Shown: positions 9,843 through 19,405 of the stretch, in pieces
How positions within the stretch are numbered: position 1 is the first letter of the stretch
Layout of the letters: every line of letters starts with the position of its first letter
Origin: a virus
IMG/VR virus record: IMGVR_UViG_3300005581_000008
Coordinates: 2,862-66,861 of that record
Reading direction: 5' to 3' (one strand)
Length of the DNA: 64,000 nucleotides
Made by a program: the position numbers and the translations under genes
The notes under the pieces: generated by a model
Databases searched by the model: none
What the model saw: the letters and a program-made list of their open reading frames with translations, nothing else
Told to the model about the DNA's origin: nothing

Positions 9843-12350
9843 TTAGTTTCCTAACTTTGCTTTTAGTTCTTCGATTTGTTTTTGCTGTTCTTTAATAGCT
9901 TCAACTAATAATGGAATCATTCTTTCATAATGAATAGTTAAGTATGTTGCATCGATTGGAGCAGGAACAACGATCTCTGGTAGAACTGCCTGAACTTGTT
10001 GAGCAGACAAACCTACTTCTTGTTTAGAAGAATCGTATCCTAATGATGCAGCAGTTTCATTTGCATAATAGTGGAAACCATCAAGAGAAAGAACTTTCTC
10101 CAAAGCATTTTCGATATTGCCAGTACGAGTCTTAAGACGATCATCAGAATAGTAACCAGTAATAGTTCCAGTTGCACGGATCTCACCAGCAGTACCAGAA
10201 GCAGCAGTTCCAACTCCAATTGAACCTAACTGTATACTAGTATTAGTTGGAATAATTTCTGGGATAGTCCAAGTAACTGCAACAGAACCATCAACAGATT
10301 TACCAGTACCACCAAGAGTGATAGTTCTAGCAGTACCCCATGATGCAGTAGTAATTGCTGCAGAACCATCAAATGCAGTTCCGTTAATATTTCGTGCAGT
10401 AGTTAGAGTGGCTGCAGAACCAGTAATACGAAGAGCATCAATAACACCTACTGTCCCAGAAGCAACACCAGTAGTAATTGTAGTGTCTGGAATAAAGGTA
10501 AAGAATCCAGTGCTGTCATCAAAGCCAAAGAAACCATTTTTAGCAGATCCGCTAAACCAACGGAAAGCCACACCACGATCTTGATTATCATCGACTGTTG
10601 GAACAGTGTCGCCACCTAATTGTAAAATAGTATTATCTAAATTAACAGTGCTAGAATTAACTGTGGTAGTTGTACCATTAATAGTTAAGTTACCAGTGAT
10701 AACTGTATTGGCATTATTTAATGTTAATGTACCAGTCGATGCACCGATAGAAACTGTGGTAGCTGCTCCACCAATATTAAGAGTAGTGGCTACTGTATTG
10801 TATAAGTTCTGAGTAGTATTTGAACCAACAACAGTACCTGGACGAAGTGTTAATGTAGCACTAGTAGCATTACCAATATTAAGAGAGGTAGCTGCACCAA
10901 AAGCATTAACAGTAGTGGCTGTTGTATTGAAAATATCCATCGATGCACTACCAGCAACAACGCTAGTAGTCAATGTCGGACTAGTACCAAACACTATAAC
11001 ACCTGTACCAGTTTCGTCAGTAATGGCTGTCGCCAACTGAGCAGAAGTAGCAGTTAATGTATTATTTGTTAAATCGATAGACTTATTAGTAAGAGTATCA
11101 GTAGTTGCTTTACCAACTAGCGTATCGCTAGCATTAGGTAAAAGTATTGTTCTGTCTGCAGTAGGATCTACTGTGGATAATGTTGTTTCAAAACCATCAG
11201 CAGTAGCACCTTCAAACACAAAGGCATTTTGAATTTCAACAGTAGTTGAATTTACAGTAGTAGTAGTACCATTTACAGTTAAATTACCAGTAACAGTTAA
11301 ATTATTGCGAACTGTAGATGTACCAGTAGTAGCACCAATTGTTAATGCAGTTGCTGCACCAAAGGCATTAACAGTAGTGGCAGTTACATTGAACACATTC
11401 TGAGTAGTTTGTGTTCCAACTAGCGTACCAGTGTAATCTTTAAGATTAGTTCTATTCCATTGACCAACTTGAGTTGATGCAGTTCCTGCACCATCCTCAG
11501 CATAAAAATCTAAGTCACCATTTGATGCACTTGCAGATGTTTCTGCAATAATAAAAGTAAATCCATCAACTGATTTTACACCGCCCAGAGATGCCCATGC
11601 TGCTGCAGCATATCCTTCAAAAGAAGAAAGAGTACTATTATAGCGGATCATACCAGTGGCAGGAGTTACTGGTCTTTGACCAGTACTACCAACTGGGATT
11701 TTCCAGTTGCTTGAACCCGTGGCAGTAAGAATATCTAATCCAGCTAAAGAAGCACTAGTGCTACCCAAAGAAATTGCAGTAGAACCAACAGTAATTTGTC
11801 CAGCTGCCCAAGATGGAGCAGAAGAAGCACCAGTAGAAATAAGGAAAGTTCCTGAAGCACCTGGAGCAATAAAGGAAGTTGTTCCAGTATCTGCTTGGTA
11901 AGGTAGGTAACCAGCTGATCCGCCAGCAATGTTAGTGGCAGTAACGGCAGTGCTAGAAGTACCTGCAGTAATTGAAGCTGGAGAAACCCAAGCAGGCACA
12001 CCAGATCCAGAAGAAACTAACAGCTGACCAGAAGAACCAACACCAGTAAATCCAATACTACTATTTGTAGAATAAGCAACTGCACCAGAAGCTGCTGACA
12101 GAGAAGCACCAGTACCACCGTATCCTAAACCGATTGGCTGACCATTCCAAACACAGTTTGTGGACATGGTTTTATTGGTTAGTGTTTGTGCAAAAGTATT
12201 ATTAATTAAAATTGACCCACCACCTGGAGTTGTACCATCATGAAGTCTAAATGTTTTTACTTCAGTGTCATAGGTAATCTCACCAATAGCACCTGTGAAT
12301 GCATTGTTCTGGGTAGTAGTTCCTCTTCTAAATTGTACTTGCGTTGCCAT
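9843..12350 (-). CDS. Tail fibre protein with Mtd_N-like N-terminus and C-terminal S74 intramolecular chaperone
   Basis: N-terminal QVQFRRGTT...FTGAIGEITYDT; Thr/Gly-rich repeats; YSDDRLK...GLSAQQVQAVLPE...YERMIPLLVEAIKE. Confidence 0.85.
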   Translation of the reverse strand: MATQVQFRRGTTTQNNAFTGAIGEITYDTEVKTFRLHDGTTPGGGSILINNTFAQTLTNKTMSTNCVWNGQPIGLGYGGTGASLSAASGAVAYSTNSSIGFTGVGSSGQLLVSSGSGVPAWVSPASITAGTSSTAVTATNIAGGSAGYLPYQADTGTTSFIAPGASGTFLISTGASSAPSWAAGQITVGSTAISLGSTSASLAGLDILTATGSSNWKIPVGSTGQRPVTPATGMIRYNSTLSSFEGYAAAAWASLGGVKSVDGFTFIIAETSASASNGDLDFYAEDGAGTASTQVGQWNRTNLKDYTGTLVGTQTTQNVFNVTATTVNAFGAATALTIGATTGTSTVRNNLTVTGNLTVNGTTTTVNSTTVEIQNAFVFEGATADGFETTLSTVDPTADRTILLPNASDTLVGKATTDTLTNKSIDLTNNTLTATSAQLATAITDETGTGVIVFGTSPTLTTSVVAGSASMDIFNTTATTVNAFGAATSLNIGNATSATLTLRPGTVVGSNTTQNLYNTVATTLNIGGAATTVSIGASTGTLTLNNANTVITGNLTINGTTTTVNSSTVNLDNTILQLGGDTVPTVDDNQDRGVAFRWFSGSAKNGFFGFDDSTGFFTFIPDTTITTGVASGTVGVIDALRITGSAATLTTARNINGTAFDGSAAITTASWGTARTITLGGTGKSVDGSVAVTWTIPEIIPTNTSIQLGSIGVGTAASGTAGEIRATGTITGYYSDDRLKTRTGNIENALEKVLSLDGFHYYANETAASLGYDSSKQEVGLSAQQVQAVLPEIVVPAPIDATYLTIHYERMIPLLVEAIKEQQKQIEELKAKLGN

Positions 12351-12370
12351 TTATTATTCCTCTTTCGATA

Positions 12371-12377
12371 TATTTAT
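12371..12377 (-). promoter_or_regulatory. Late promoter (ATAAATA)
   Basis: Overlaps the upstream stop codon, 20 nt before the fibre ATG; GAGG Shine-Dalgarno in between. Confidence 0.55.
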
Positions 12378-15232
12378 GCTTGGGCTTCTGACCAGAATAA
12401 GTTGATGTTTGTGGTGCACGAAGAAGCAGATAAGTTTTTAATAACAACTGCCAAGACATCTGGACCATCTGGATAATTACTATATCCACCAATAGCAGAA
12501 TTAGTTAATTCTTTTAACTGACCCAAGTCGATTTCAGCAAAACCATTAACCTGCGCAAGCGTCGCAAACACTTGTTCACCTGGAGTTGCAGTAGTAGTAA
12601 CGCTTGTTGAAATTTGCGCAAATGATGGTTGGGATCCTAATGCGCTAGTATTAACAGAATTCCATGTTAATGAAGACGCATCAATATTACCTGGATTCAA
12701 AATACCGTAAACTTGAATATTTTGTGTTGATGTCATCTGTAGTTTTTGTAGCAATAACTGAGATCTATTAATTAAATCTCGTTCACCTAAAGTTCCAGAT
12801 ATAGAGTTTGATACAGATGGAGCTAATCTTAAGAAGAAAGCTGTTTCTGATGAGTCTGCTGGAATATTATTATTTAATGATGCATAGTTAAAAAAGTATC
12901 CACGATCAGTATCAAATCCACCATCCATAATATAAGATGAACCCCAGTGATTAATAACTGGTGATGCTGTACAACTAATAAGAATAACTGAATTAAAACC
13001 ATTACCAACTACATGGGATGCAGCTGCACCACCACTAAATGTTTTCTGAGATCCGCCAGCAAATTGTTGGAAGGAAGCACCTCTGGTGCAACCATTTAAA
13101 ATATTACCTGCTTTACTACTATAATTAATACACTCATTTTCTATCATTACAGTTCCGCTAGATGGGAAACGCTGCGCATCTACTAACTCAATTGATGTTG
13201 CTGAATTACTAATAGTTGTGGCTAATCTTCCAATAACAGATTCATTGATAGCTTGATAACGAACTGCGCTGTTACCAGATCGCATGTATGCTTCATCGTT
13301 TAAGTTATTCTGTTTCATACGGTGAACAAGAACCATATTACCATCACCACCACGACACATAAAGTCGATAAAACCAGCACCATACCAAGAGAATGAAATA
13401 CCCAACATTTGCATTTTGTTAAGGTTTAAATTGTATCCAGAAATACCAGTACCATCAACTTTATCAATATTAAATTGAGATTGAGGAATTCTTTGATCTA
13501 TAACAACTGAAATTTTAACCCCAGTAGAATTTGAGACACCTCTATACTCTGGGTTAACTGTCATTGTATTATCATCAGTAATGGAACCAACCATGTAAGT
13601 CATACCACGAATAACAATTCTATCACCAGCTTTTAATTGTTGAGTGAAACGACAATTTGTGCCAGATATTAATTGTGATCCAGCATTTACTGCCACAAAA
13701 CCAGATAATTGATATGTACCTGATCTTTTAACAACTGCCATTTCTGATCCGTCAAATTCCCAGAATAATCCATTTTGATCATCGAATGGTCCAACACGAA
13801 CAGAAGCCCCATGCCAGTTTTTAACTGTGACACGAGGAAGGTTTGTAATAACTGCACTAGTAGAACCTAGTGTACCCTGTGCAGAAACTGTAAAAATATT
13901 TTCACTGGTAATACCAGCAACACCATATGTTCCGTTGTATCCACTGGTAACAACACCAGAAATTAGAACTGACGCACCAATTTGTAAACCATGGTCAGAT
14001 TCTGTTGTGACAGTAATTGTTGAGCCAACAGTAGTATTTGCAGCTGAGATTTGGTCAAGGTTAAGAACTGGATTAAATAAAACACCTGAAGTCCAAAGAA
14101 CACCTTTACCAGATTGGTAACGCATATACTTTTTAGTTTGACGAGAAACAGACGCACCATGTGAGGCAACAAAAGTTCCAAGAGTCACACCACCATCAAA
14201 TGGTCGATGCATAACAAACGCATCTGATCTTGTATGAATAACCATAGTAATAGCAGCGGAAGCCACCGCACCACCGACACGAGCAGTAAATGTAAATGTA
14301 GTTGGAGATGGAACTGATTCTGCAAAAAAGTTACCAGTTAATAGTGCGTGGTTTGTCCCAACAGAACTGGCAACACCAACGACAGGAGCACCTGGAACTA
14401 AACCATGGTTGGCAGAACAAGTAACAGTAATAACTGATGGATTCGCTCCGTTTGATGTAACAGATGAAACAGGTAATTGTGAACCAGCATAAAAACCACC
14501 ACGACGACCATAAGTGGAACTACCAAAAATTGATAAACCATTTGTTCCAACAATACCTTTAGCATAGTATGTAAATGTAGTGCTAGTTGGAACAGAGTTA
14601 ATTACAAAAGCACCTTCTGCTCTTGCGTAGTTTGCAGTGTTGGTTAATCCAAAAATAATAACTGGGTTATTAACAGTAAGACCATGAGAAACAGAAGTAG
14701 TTACAGTGATCATTGATGGAGAATTACCATCAGTAGTGATAGAAGTAATAAACAAATCTAGTCCAGGCTTTTCAAAAATTCCTGGAACATTACGAATGTC
14801 AGTATAGTTCTGCCACTTTGTTGGTTGAAGACCATATTCAAAGTCAGCATCAATTAGTGATTGTGGTTGTGCGATACGCATTCTTTCAATTGCATCAACA
14901 CCGAATGCATATGGACGAACAATGTTACCAACTTGTTTAGGCGCATCAGTATAAATGGCAATTTTGTCATTGGCTGACATTGCCGAAGTATCTTTACTAA
15001 ATGTTACAGTAGTAGCACCATCTTGTTCGGAATAAAAAGTATTACTATCACTAGGGTCGAATGATACTGTACCACTACGAGTTGGATCACCAATCGCATA
15101 AATGTTTTCTTGAATAGATTTATTCGCAACAATCAATAGTTGAGTCGCATCACACTTTCCAGGGAACTTAATAGTTCCAGCATTTGCAATACCTGGAGTA
15201 AAAATATATTTTTCAACTAGTTGGCGAGCCAT
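12374..15232 (-). CDS. Large virion structural protein with repeated T-x(3-4)-HGL beta modules
   Basis: Three repeats (TVTTSVSHGL, TVTCSANHGL, TVTTESDHGL), RQTKKYMRYQSGKG, WYGAG; located in the fibre block. Confidence 0.7.
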   Translation of the reverse strand: MARQLVEKYIFTPGIANAGTIKFPGKCDATQLLIVANKSIQENIYAIGDPTRSGTVSFDPSDSNTFYSEQDGATTVTFSKDTSAMSANDKIAIYTDAPKQVGNIVRPYAFGVDAIERMRIAQPQSLIDADFEYGLQPTKWQNYTDIRNVPGIFEKPGLDLFITSITTDGNSPSMITVTTSVSHGLTVNNPVIIFGLTNTANYARAEGAFVINSVPTSTTFTYYAKGIVGTNGLSIFGSSTYGRRGGFYAGSQLPVSSVTSNGANPSVITVTCSANHGLVPGAPVVGVASSVGTNHALLTGNFFAESVPSPTTFTFTARVGGAVASAAITMVIHTRSDAFVMHRPFDGGVTLGTFVASHGASVSRQTKKYMRYQSGKGVLWTSGVLFNPVLNLDQISAANTTVGSTITVTTESDHGLQIGASVLISGVVTSGYNGTYGVAGITSENIFTVSAQGTLGSTSAVITNLPRVTVKNWHGASVRVGPFDDQNGLFWEFDGSEMAVVKRSGTYQLSGFVAVNAGSQLISGTNCRFTQQLKAGDRIVIRGMTYMVGSITDDNTMTVNPEYRGVSNSTGVKISVVIDQRIPQSQFNIDKVDGTGISGYNLNLNKMQMLGISFSWYGAGFIDFMCRGGDGNMVLVHRMKQNNLNDEAYMRSGNSAVRYQAINESVIGRLATTISNSATSIELVDAQRFPSSGTVMIENECINYSSKAGNILNGCTRGASFQQFAGGSQKTFSGGAAASHVVGNGFNSVILISCTASPVINHWGSSYIMDGGFDTDRGYFFNYASLNNNIPADSSETAFFLRLAPSVSNSISGTLGERDLINRSQLLLQKLQMTSTQNIQVYGILNPGNIDASSLTWNSVNTSALGSQPSFAQISTSVTTTATPGEQVFATLAQVNGFAEIDLGQLKELTNSAIGGYSNYPDGPDVLAVVIKNLSASSCTTNINLFWSEAQA

Positions 15233-15241
15233 GTTTTTCCT

Positions 15242-16060
15242 TTAGAAACCAAAAATAATAGAGTAAGCAATATAGTCAGCCTTAATAGACTGATCGATAT
15301 TATTCAATGAAACGATACCATCAACAACAAGAGTACCCATGTTATAAATGTACTCAGAAACTGCAGTTACTAATCCTAGATCTTCTGTAATTGTCACTAC
15401 ACCATCAGTGACTAAACCAAGATCCGACTGAGCATTAGTGGCAAAAACTGCAGAGGCTATTACAGCATCTGGATTAGAATTTTGCCAGATCGATCCGTTA
15501 TATTTTAAAACTTGCTGGGCAGTTGGTGATGTGATAGTAACATCAGTTAAACCATCTAATGATGCTGCTGAGTTTGAAACCCACTGAACACCAGTTCCAG
15601 TAGATGTTAAAATATAACCATTGGCACCAGTGTTACCACCTGCAGTAACTGCACCAGTTAGGGTTACACCACTTAGAGTTTTGTTTGTTAGGGTTTGTGT
15701 GCCAGTTAATGTAACATCACCAGCTGGTGTACTCCACTGAACACCTGTTCCAGTAGATGTTAAAACTTGCCCATTTGTGCCTACTCCACCACCAGCTGTT
15801 AGTGTTCCTGTTAGGGTTGCTGCTGATAGAGTTTTATTGGAAAGGGTTTGTGTTCCATCTGATGTGGAAACTGCAACGATAGACTCTGTTATTCCATCGT
15901 CTTTTTTGAAAAATAGGTTACCATTGTAGGTATTAATCGCAATCTCACCCAGCGCAATATCGGTGGTGAGAGGGATTTTACCTGGAACTGCACTTCGTTT
16001 TAAAATAACGATGTTTGAGTTTAAGGTAAGTGGTGGGCTACCGCCTCCTGCAGATGGCAT
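15242..16060 (-). CDS. Short fibre-like structural protein
   Basis: ILKRSAVPGKIP...GEIAIN head motif; internal repeats TQTLxNKTLS...G(Q/Y)xLTSTGTGVQW. Confidence 0.7.
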   Translation of the reverse strand: MPSAGGGSPPLTLNSNIVILKRSAVPGKIPLTTDIALGEIAINTYNGNLFFKKDDGITESIVAVSTSDGTQTLSNKTLSAATLTGTLTAGGGVGTNGQVLTSTGTGVQWSTPAGDVTLTGTQTLTNKTLSGVTLTGAVTAGGNTGANGYILTSTGTGVQWVSNSAASLDGLTDVTITSPTAQQVLKYNGSIWQNSNPDAVIASAVFATNAQSDLGLVTDGVVTITEDLGLVTAVSEYIYNMGTLVVDGIVSLNNIDQSIKADYIAYSIIFGF

Positions 16061-16071
16061 TATAATAACCT

Positions 16072-16134
16072 ATTCTATATAGAATTTAAAACAAAAAAAC
16101 CAGTATATACTGGTAGTGGGAATTACACCCCACT
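16072..16134. repeat. Cluster of palindromes/hairpins in a 5' leader
   Basis: ATTCTATATAGAAT (16072-16085), ACCAGTATATACTGGT (16099-16114), and AGTGGG-N8-CCCACT (16115-16134). Confidence 0.75.
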
Positions 16135-16138
16135 CATG

Positions 16139-16145
16139 TATTTAG
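16139..16145 (-). promoter_or_regulatory. Late promoter (CTAAATA)
   Basis: Intergenic, just after the stop of the 867-aa fibre gene. Confidence 0.55.
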
Positions 16146-16151
16146 CGAATT

Positions 16152-18755
16152 TTAATAAGTGCCACCATCAATCTGGAATCCATCCAATAATGAAGTAGCA
16201 GCACCTGCACCGATAATATCAGTTCCAACATAAATTTTCTTAGCAACTGATAAACCACCAGACATAACAACACCAGCAGTTCCAAGTGGACCAGCTTCAG
16301 TAGTGTTAGTGAAAGTAATTAAACCAGAACCAGCAATAGTAGTACCACTGAAAGAAGAAGCAGTAATTGTCTTATTGCTTAGTGCTTCAGATCCAGCTAG
16401 AGTAGCAAGAGTACCAGTAACAGGTAGTGTTAATGAGGTGTTTGCAGTTGCAGTAAATGTCTGAGCAAACGCACCAGCATGAGATACATTACCTGCTAGA
16501 GTTAATGTATTTGATCCGTTGTTTACACCAGTACCACCATAAGTTGGACCAACGATAGTACCTTGCCAAGTACCAGTAGCGATAGTACCAAGAGTAGTAA
16601 TAGTTGATTGACCAACATAAGTTGATGCAATATCTACTGCATCTGCACTAATAGTAATTCTACCTGCAGTACCAACAACATTTAAAGTGTTACCAGTCTT
16701 TGTTAAACCATCACCAGCAACAACTTGCCCAGCACCAGAGAACTGAACATAGTCAATTCCAGTAGTACCAATTGTAATAGCACCATTAGTAGTTACAACA
16801 AAACCATTATCAGCGTTAACTGTACCTTCTTGAACAAAACAGAAATCTCCACCTTCAATCTCTAAAACAGTGGAATTGTCATCATTATCGATTGCACGAG
16901 TAAGCACCCAGTTTGTAGAAACAGTACCAACAGTGGTTACTGTATAGATACCATTTTGGAAAGCAGTTGATTGATCTTTAACAAGAACACGCTGTCCAGC
17001 TGTTAAGACGATCGAATCAATTGTAAAGGCAGCTTGAGATCCAGAGTTAGTTAATGTAGCACCAACACCAGAAGATCCGTTAGCATATGTTGCAGTTAAG
17101 TTTGCAGTAGTTGCTGCACGAACTGCATCTTTAACCTTTAGACCAGTTTTAACAGCGTCAACATAGTTCTTAGTTGCAGCGTCAGTAGACTGAGTAGGTT
17201 CAGCAACAGAAGTAATACGCTTGTTAGCAACATCAACAGTACCAGTACCAGTTGGTACCAAGTTAACACTGTTGTTACCAGCTGCAGCATTAACAGTCAT
17301 ATTACCAGAAGTGGCAGTAATGCTAGTTGCTAAAGCAGCACCAAGAGTTGGTGTTACTAGAGTTGGGCTAGATGCGAATACTAAAGCACCAGAACCAGTC
17401 TCATCGGAGATAACACCAGCAAGTTCAGCAGAAGTAGTTGCAGCAAAAACACTTAATTTGTTTGCTACATAAGCAACAGTACCACCAGCACCGAATGCCA
17501 CAGAAGCAGTATCTGTACCAGTGAATGTTAGGGTATTACTTGCAGTGAGAGTTTTACCATCAGCGATAGTTAAAGTAGAACCAGTCGCAGGAGCAGTAAG
17601 AGTAACTTTATTAATACTTGTGGCAGAAGCAACACCAAGAGTTGGTGTTACTAGAGTTGGACTAGTAGCAAATACTAGAGCACCAGAACCAGTCTCATCG
17701 GAAACCGCAGTTGCCAATTGAGCAGAAGTCATAGTTACGGTGTTTGAACCGAAACTAATTGTCTTGTTAGTAAGTGTATCAGTAGTAGCACGACCAACTA
17801 GCATATCTGTTGCTGCTGGCAGAGTTAATGAATTTGACCCAGCAACAGCAGAAGCAAGTACAGTAATTGTACCTGAAGTAGATCCATTAAATGTAGCACC
17901 TGTAGAACCAATGGTTGCACCATTGATTGTTGGGCTAGTTAGTGTCTTATTAGTAAGAGTCTGAGTGCCAGTTAGCGTAGCAACAGTCGAATCGATATCG
18001 AATGTAACGCTAGTGGCTGTACCAACTGCAGCAACTGTAGAAGTAATACCAGTACCACCAACGAAGGTAACAGTATCAGTGGCAAGAGCAACAGAGTCAG
18101 TACCAGTGTCACCAGCAATACTAAGAGTAGTGGTAATTGAAGCAGTAGAAGCTGCAGTCAAACGACCTTGAGCATCAACAGTAAATACTGGGATTGCAGT
18201 GGCAGATCCGTAACTACCTGCAGTTACTGCAGTGTTAATTAGAGAAAGAGTAGAAGTATTAGAACCATCAGAGTTGGTAACAAGAATCTGACCAGCAGTA
18301 CCAGTTACTGCACCACCAACTGTATCAAAGATGAACTCGGCAAGACTATCTGAAGTTCCATTAATGTATACATTATTAAGAACTGTTTTACCAGTACCGT
18401 TTGGAGTAAGAACAATGTTACCATTGGTATCAGTTGAACTGATAGTATTAGTGCTACCAGTAAGAGTTAGATTACCAACATTAAGGTTATTAATTTTACT
18501 GCTGGCATCAAGAACAATCGCAGATGACGCAGTTAGCGTACCTGGAGTATGATCCAACATGTCGGTAAAGTATTTACCACCGATGACAAAGTGGTTTGCT
18601 GCATTACCTGATGTTTCTGTACCAAAACCAATGTATAGGCGATCACCACCATTAGAACCATTGTCGGTTAATGCTGAATACGCTAATTCGCCAGCACCCA
18701 GCGTTGCTGGATTACCTGTTACTGACGAACGCTTTATGCGAATAATAGATGCCAT
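16152..18755 (-). CDS. Tail fibre protein
   Basis: IRIKRSS...LGAGELAYS head; TLTNKT repeats; DAATKNYVD and RVLVKDQ...NGIY motifs; ends DGGTY. Confidence 0.82.
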   Translation of the reverse strand: MASIIRIKRSSVTGNPATLGAGELAYSALTDNGSNGGDRLYIGFGTETSGNAANHFVIGGKYFTDMLDHTPGTLTASSAIVLDASSKINNLNVGNLTLTGSTNTISSTDTNGNIVLTPNGTGKTVLNNVYINGTSDSLAEFIFDTVGGAVTGTAGQILVTNSDGSNTSTLSLINTAVTAGSYGSATAIPVFTVDAQGRLTAASTASITTTLSIAGDTGTDSVALATDTVTFVGGTGITSTVAAVGTATSVTFDIDSTVATLTGTQTLTNKTLTSPTINGATIGSTGATFNGSTSGTITVLASAVAGSNSLTLPAATDMLVGRATTDTLTNKTISFGSNTVTMTSAQLATAVSDETGSGALVFATSPTLVTPTLGVASATSINKVTLTAPATGSTLTIADGKTLTASNTLTFTGTDTASVAFGAGGTVAYVANKLSVFAATTSAELAGVISDETGSGALVFASSPTLVTPTLGAALATSITATSGNMTVNAAAGNNSVNLVPTGTGTVDVANKRITSVAEPTQSTDAATKNYVDAVKTGLKVKDAVRAATTANLTATYANGSSGVGATLTNSGSQAAFTIDSIVLTAGQRVLVKDQSTAFQNGIYTVTTVGTVSTNWVLTRAIDNDDNSTVLEIEGGDFCFVQEGTVNADNGFVVTTNGAITIGTTGIDYVQFSGAGQVVAGDGLTKTGNTLNVVGTAGRITISADAVDIASTYVGQSTITTLGTIATGTWQGTIVGPTYGGTGVNNGSNTLTLAGNVSHAGAFAQTFTATANTSLTLPVTGTLATLAGSEALSNKTITASSFSGTTIAGSGLITFTNTTEAGPLGTAGVVMSGGLSVAKKIYVGTDIIGAGAATSLLDGFQIDGGTY
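17340..17702. repeat. ~69-bp imperfect coding direct repeat (17340-17408 and 17634-17702)
   Basis: Both copies encode SDETGSGALVFAxSPTLVTPTLG with near-identical DNA. Confidence 0.8.
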
Positions 18756-18769
18756 CTTTTATTTCTCCG

Positions 18770-19015
18770 TTAAAATTCTCCACCTTCCATGTTCTGAGCA
18801 TCGAGGGTGGTGGTGGATGTCCACTTATTTGTTGTTGTTCTGTATACTAAAACTGATCCATTAATCTTAGTAGTTGTATCGACATCTGCAATCGCACTCA
18901 ATGATTCTACCACTGCTGGATTAGTAACAGTTGATGATGAAAGAGTCAATACCCCTTCGGATACTGCAACTGTTAATGCTTCATCAGGTGAAACTACCGC
19001 TATTGTATCTGCCAT
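18770..19015 (-). CDS. Small virion/fibre-associated protein
   Basis: LSAIADVD...NGSVLVY...KW and a C-terminal EGGEF, typical of fibre modules. Confidence 0.6.
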   Translation of the reverse strand: MADTIAVVSPDEALTVAVSEGVLTLSSSTVTNPAVVESLSAIADVDTTTKINGSVLVYRTTTNKWTSTTTLDAQNMEGGEF

Positions 19016-19016
19016 A

Positions 19017-19352
19017 TTATATCTGAGTAATTTGTGGTGTTACTGTTACAATACCTTCAACCACTCTAGTTTTAGTCGTAGCAGGAGAAGTTATTTCTAC
19101 ATCATAAAGCCATCTGCCAGAAGGGATAGCCTCTGATTGAGTGTTTGATAATTGTAATCTTATCTTACCAGTAGCTGCATTATAGATGCTGGCATTAAAG
19201 TTATACACAGTACTAGAACTGTATGATTTTCTAATTTGTGAAGCTACAGTATACCCAGTCAAATCTAGTGCTTGACCATTAGAAGCAGTCACAGTAATTA
19301 TATTACTATAAGTGCTTCCAGCATCTACAAAAAGGTTGCTAATAGTAGCCAT
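19017..19352 (-). CDS. Small structural protein (BppU-N-like Ig fold, fibre adaptor)
   Basis: DLTGYTVASQIRK...GRWLYDVEI...RVVEGIVTVTP. Confidence 0.65.
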   Translation of the reverse strand: MATISNLFVDAGSTYSNIITVTASNGQALDLTGYTVASQIRKSYSSSTVYNFNASIYNAATGKIRLQLSNTQSEAIPSGRWLYDVEITSPATTKTRVVEGIVTVTPQITQI

Positions 19353-19378
19353 TTTTATTTAATCCCCAGTTTACATCT

Positions 19379-19386
19379 TATTTATA
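19379..19386 (-). promoter_or_regulatory. Canonical T4 late promoter TATAAATA
   Basis: Exact consensus in the intergenic gap upstream of the ATG at 19352. Confidence 0.75.
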
Positions 19387-19405
19387 AACTAAGGGATTTG
19401 CTTTC

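Noticed and set aside
9843-12350. Diversity-generating retroelement suggested by the Mtd_N-like N-terminus
   Set aside because: No reverse transcriptase in the window and no template/variable repeat pair with adenine-specific mismatches seen; the protein ends in an S74 chaperone.
17340-17702. Direct repeats as a CRISPR array or att sites
   Set aside because: Only two in-frame coding copies within a fibre gene; no spacer pattern and no integrase.
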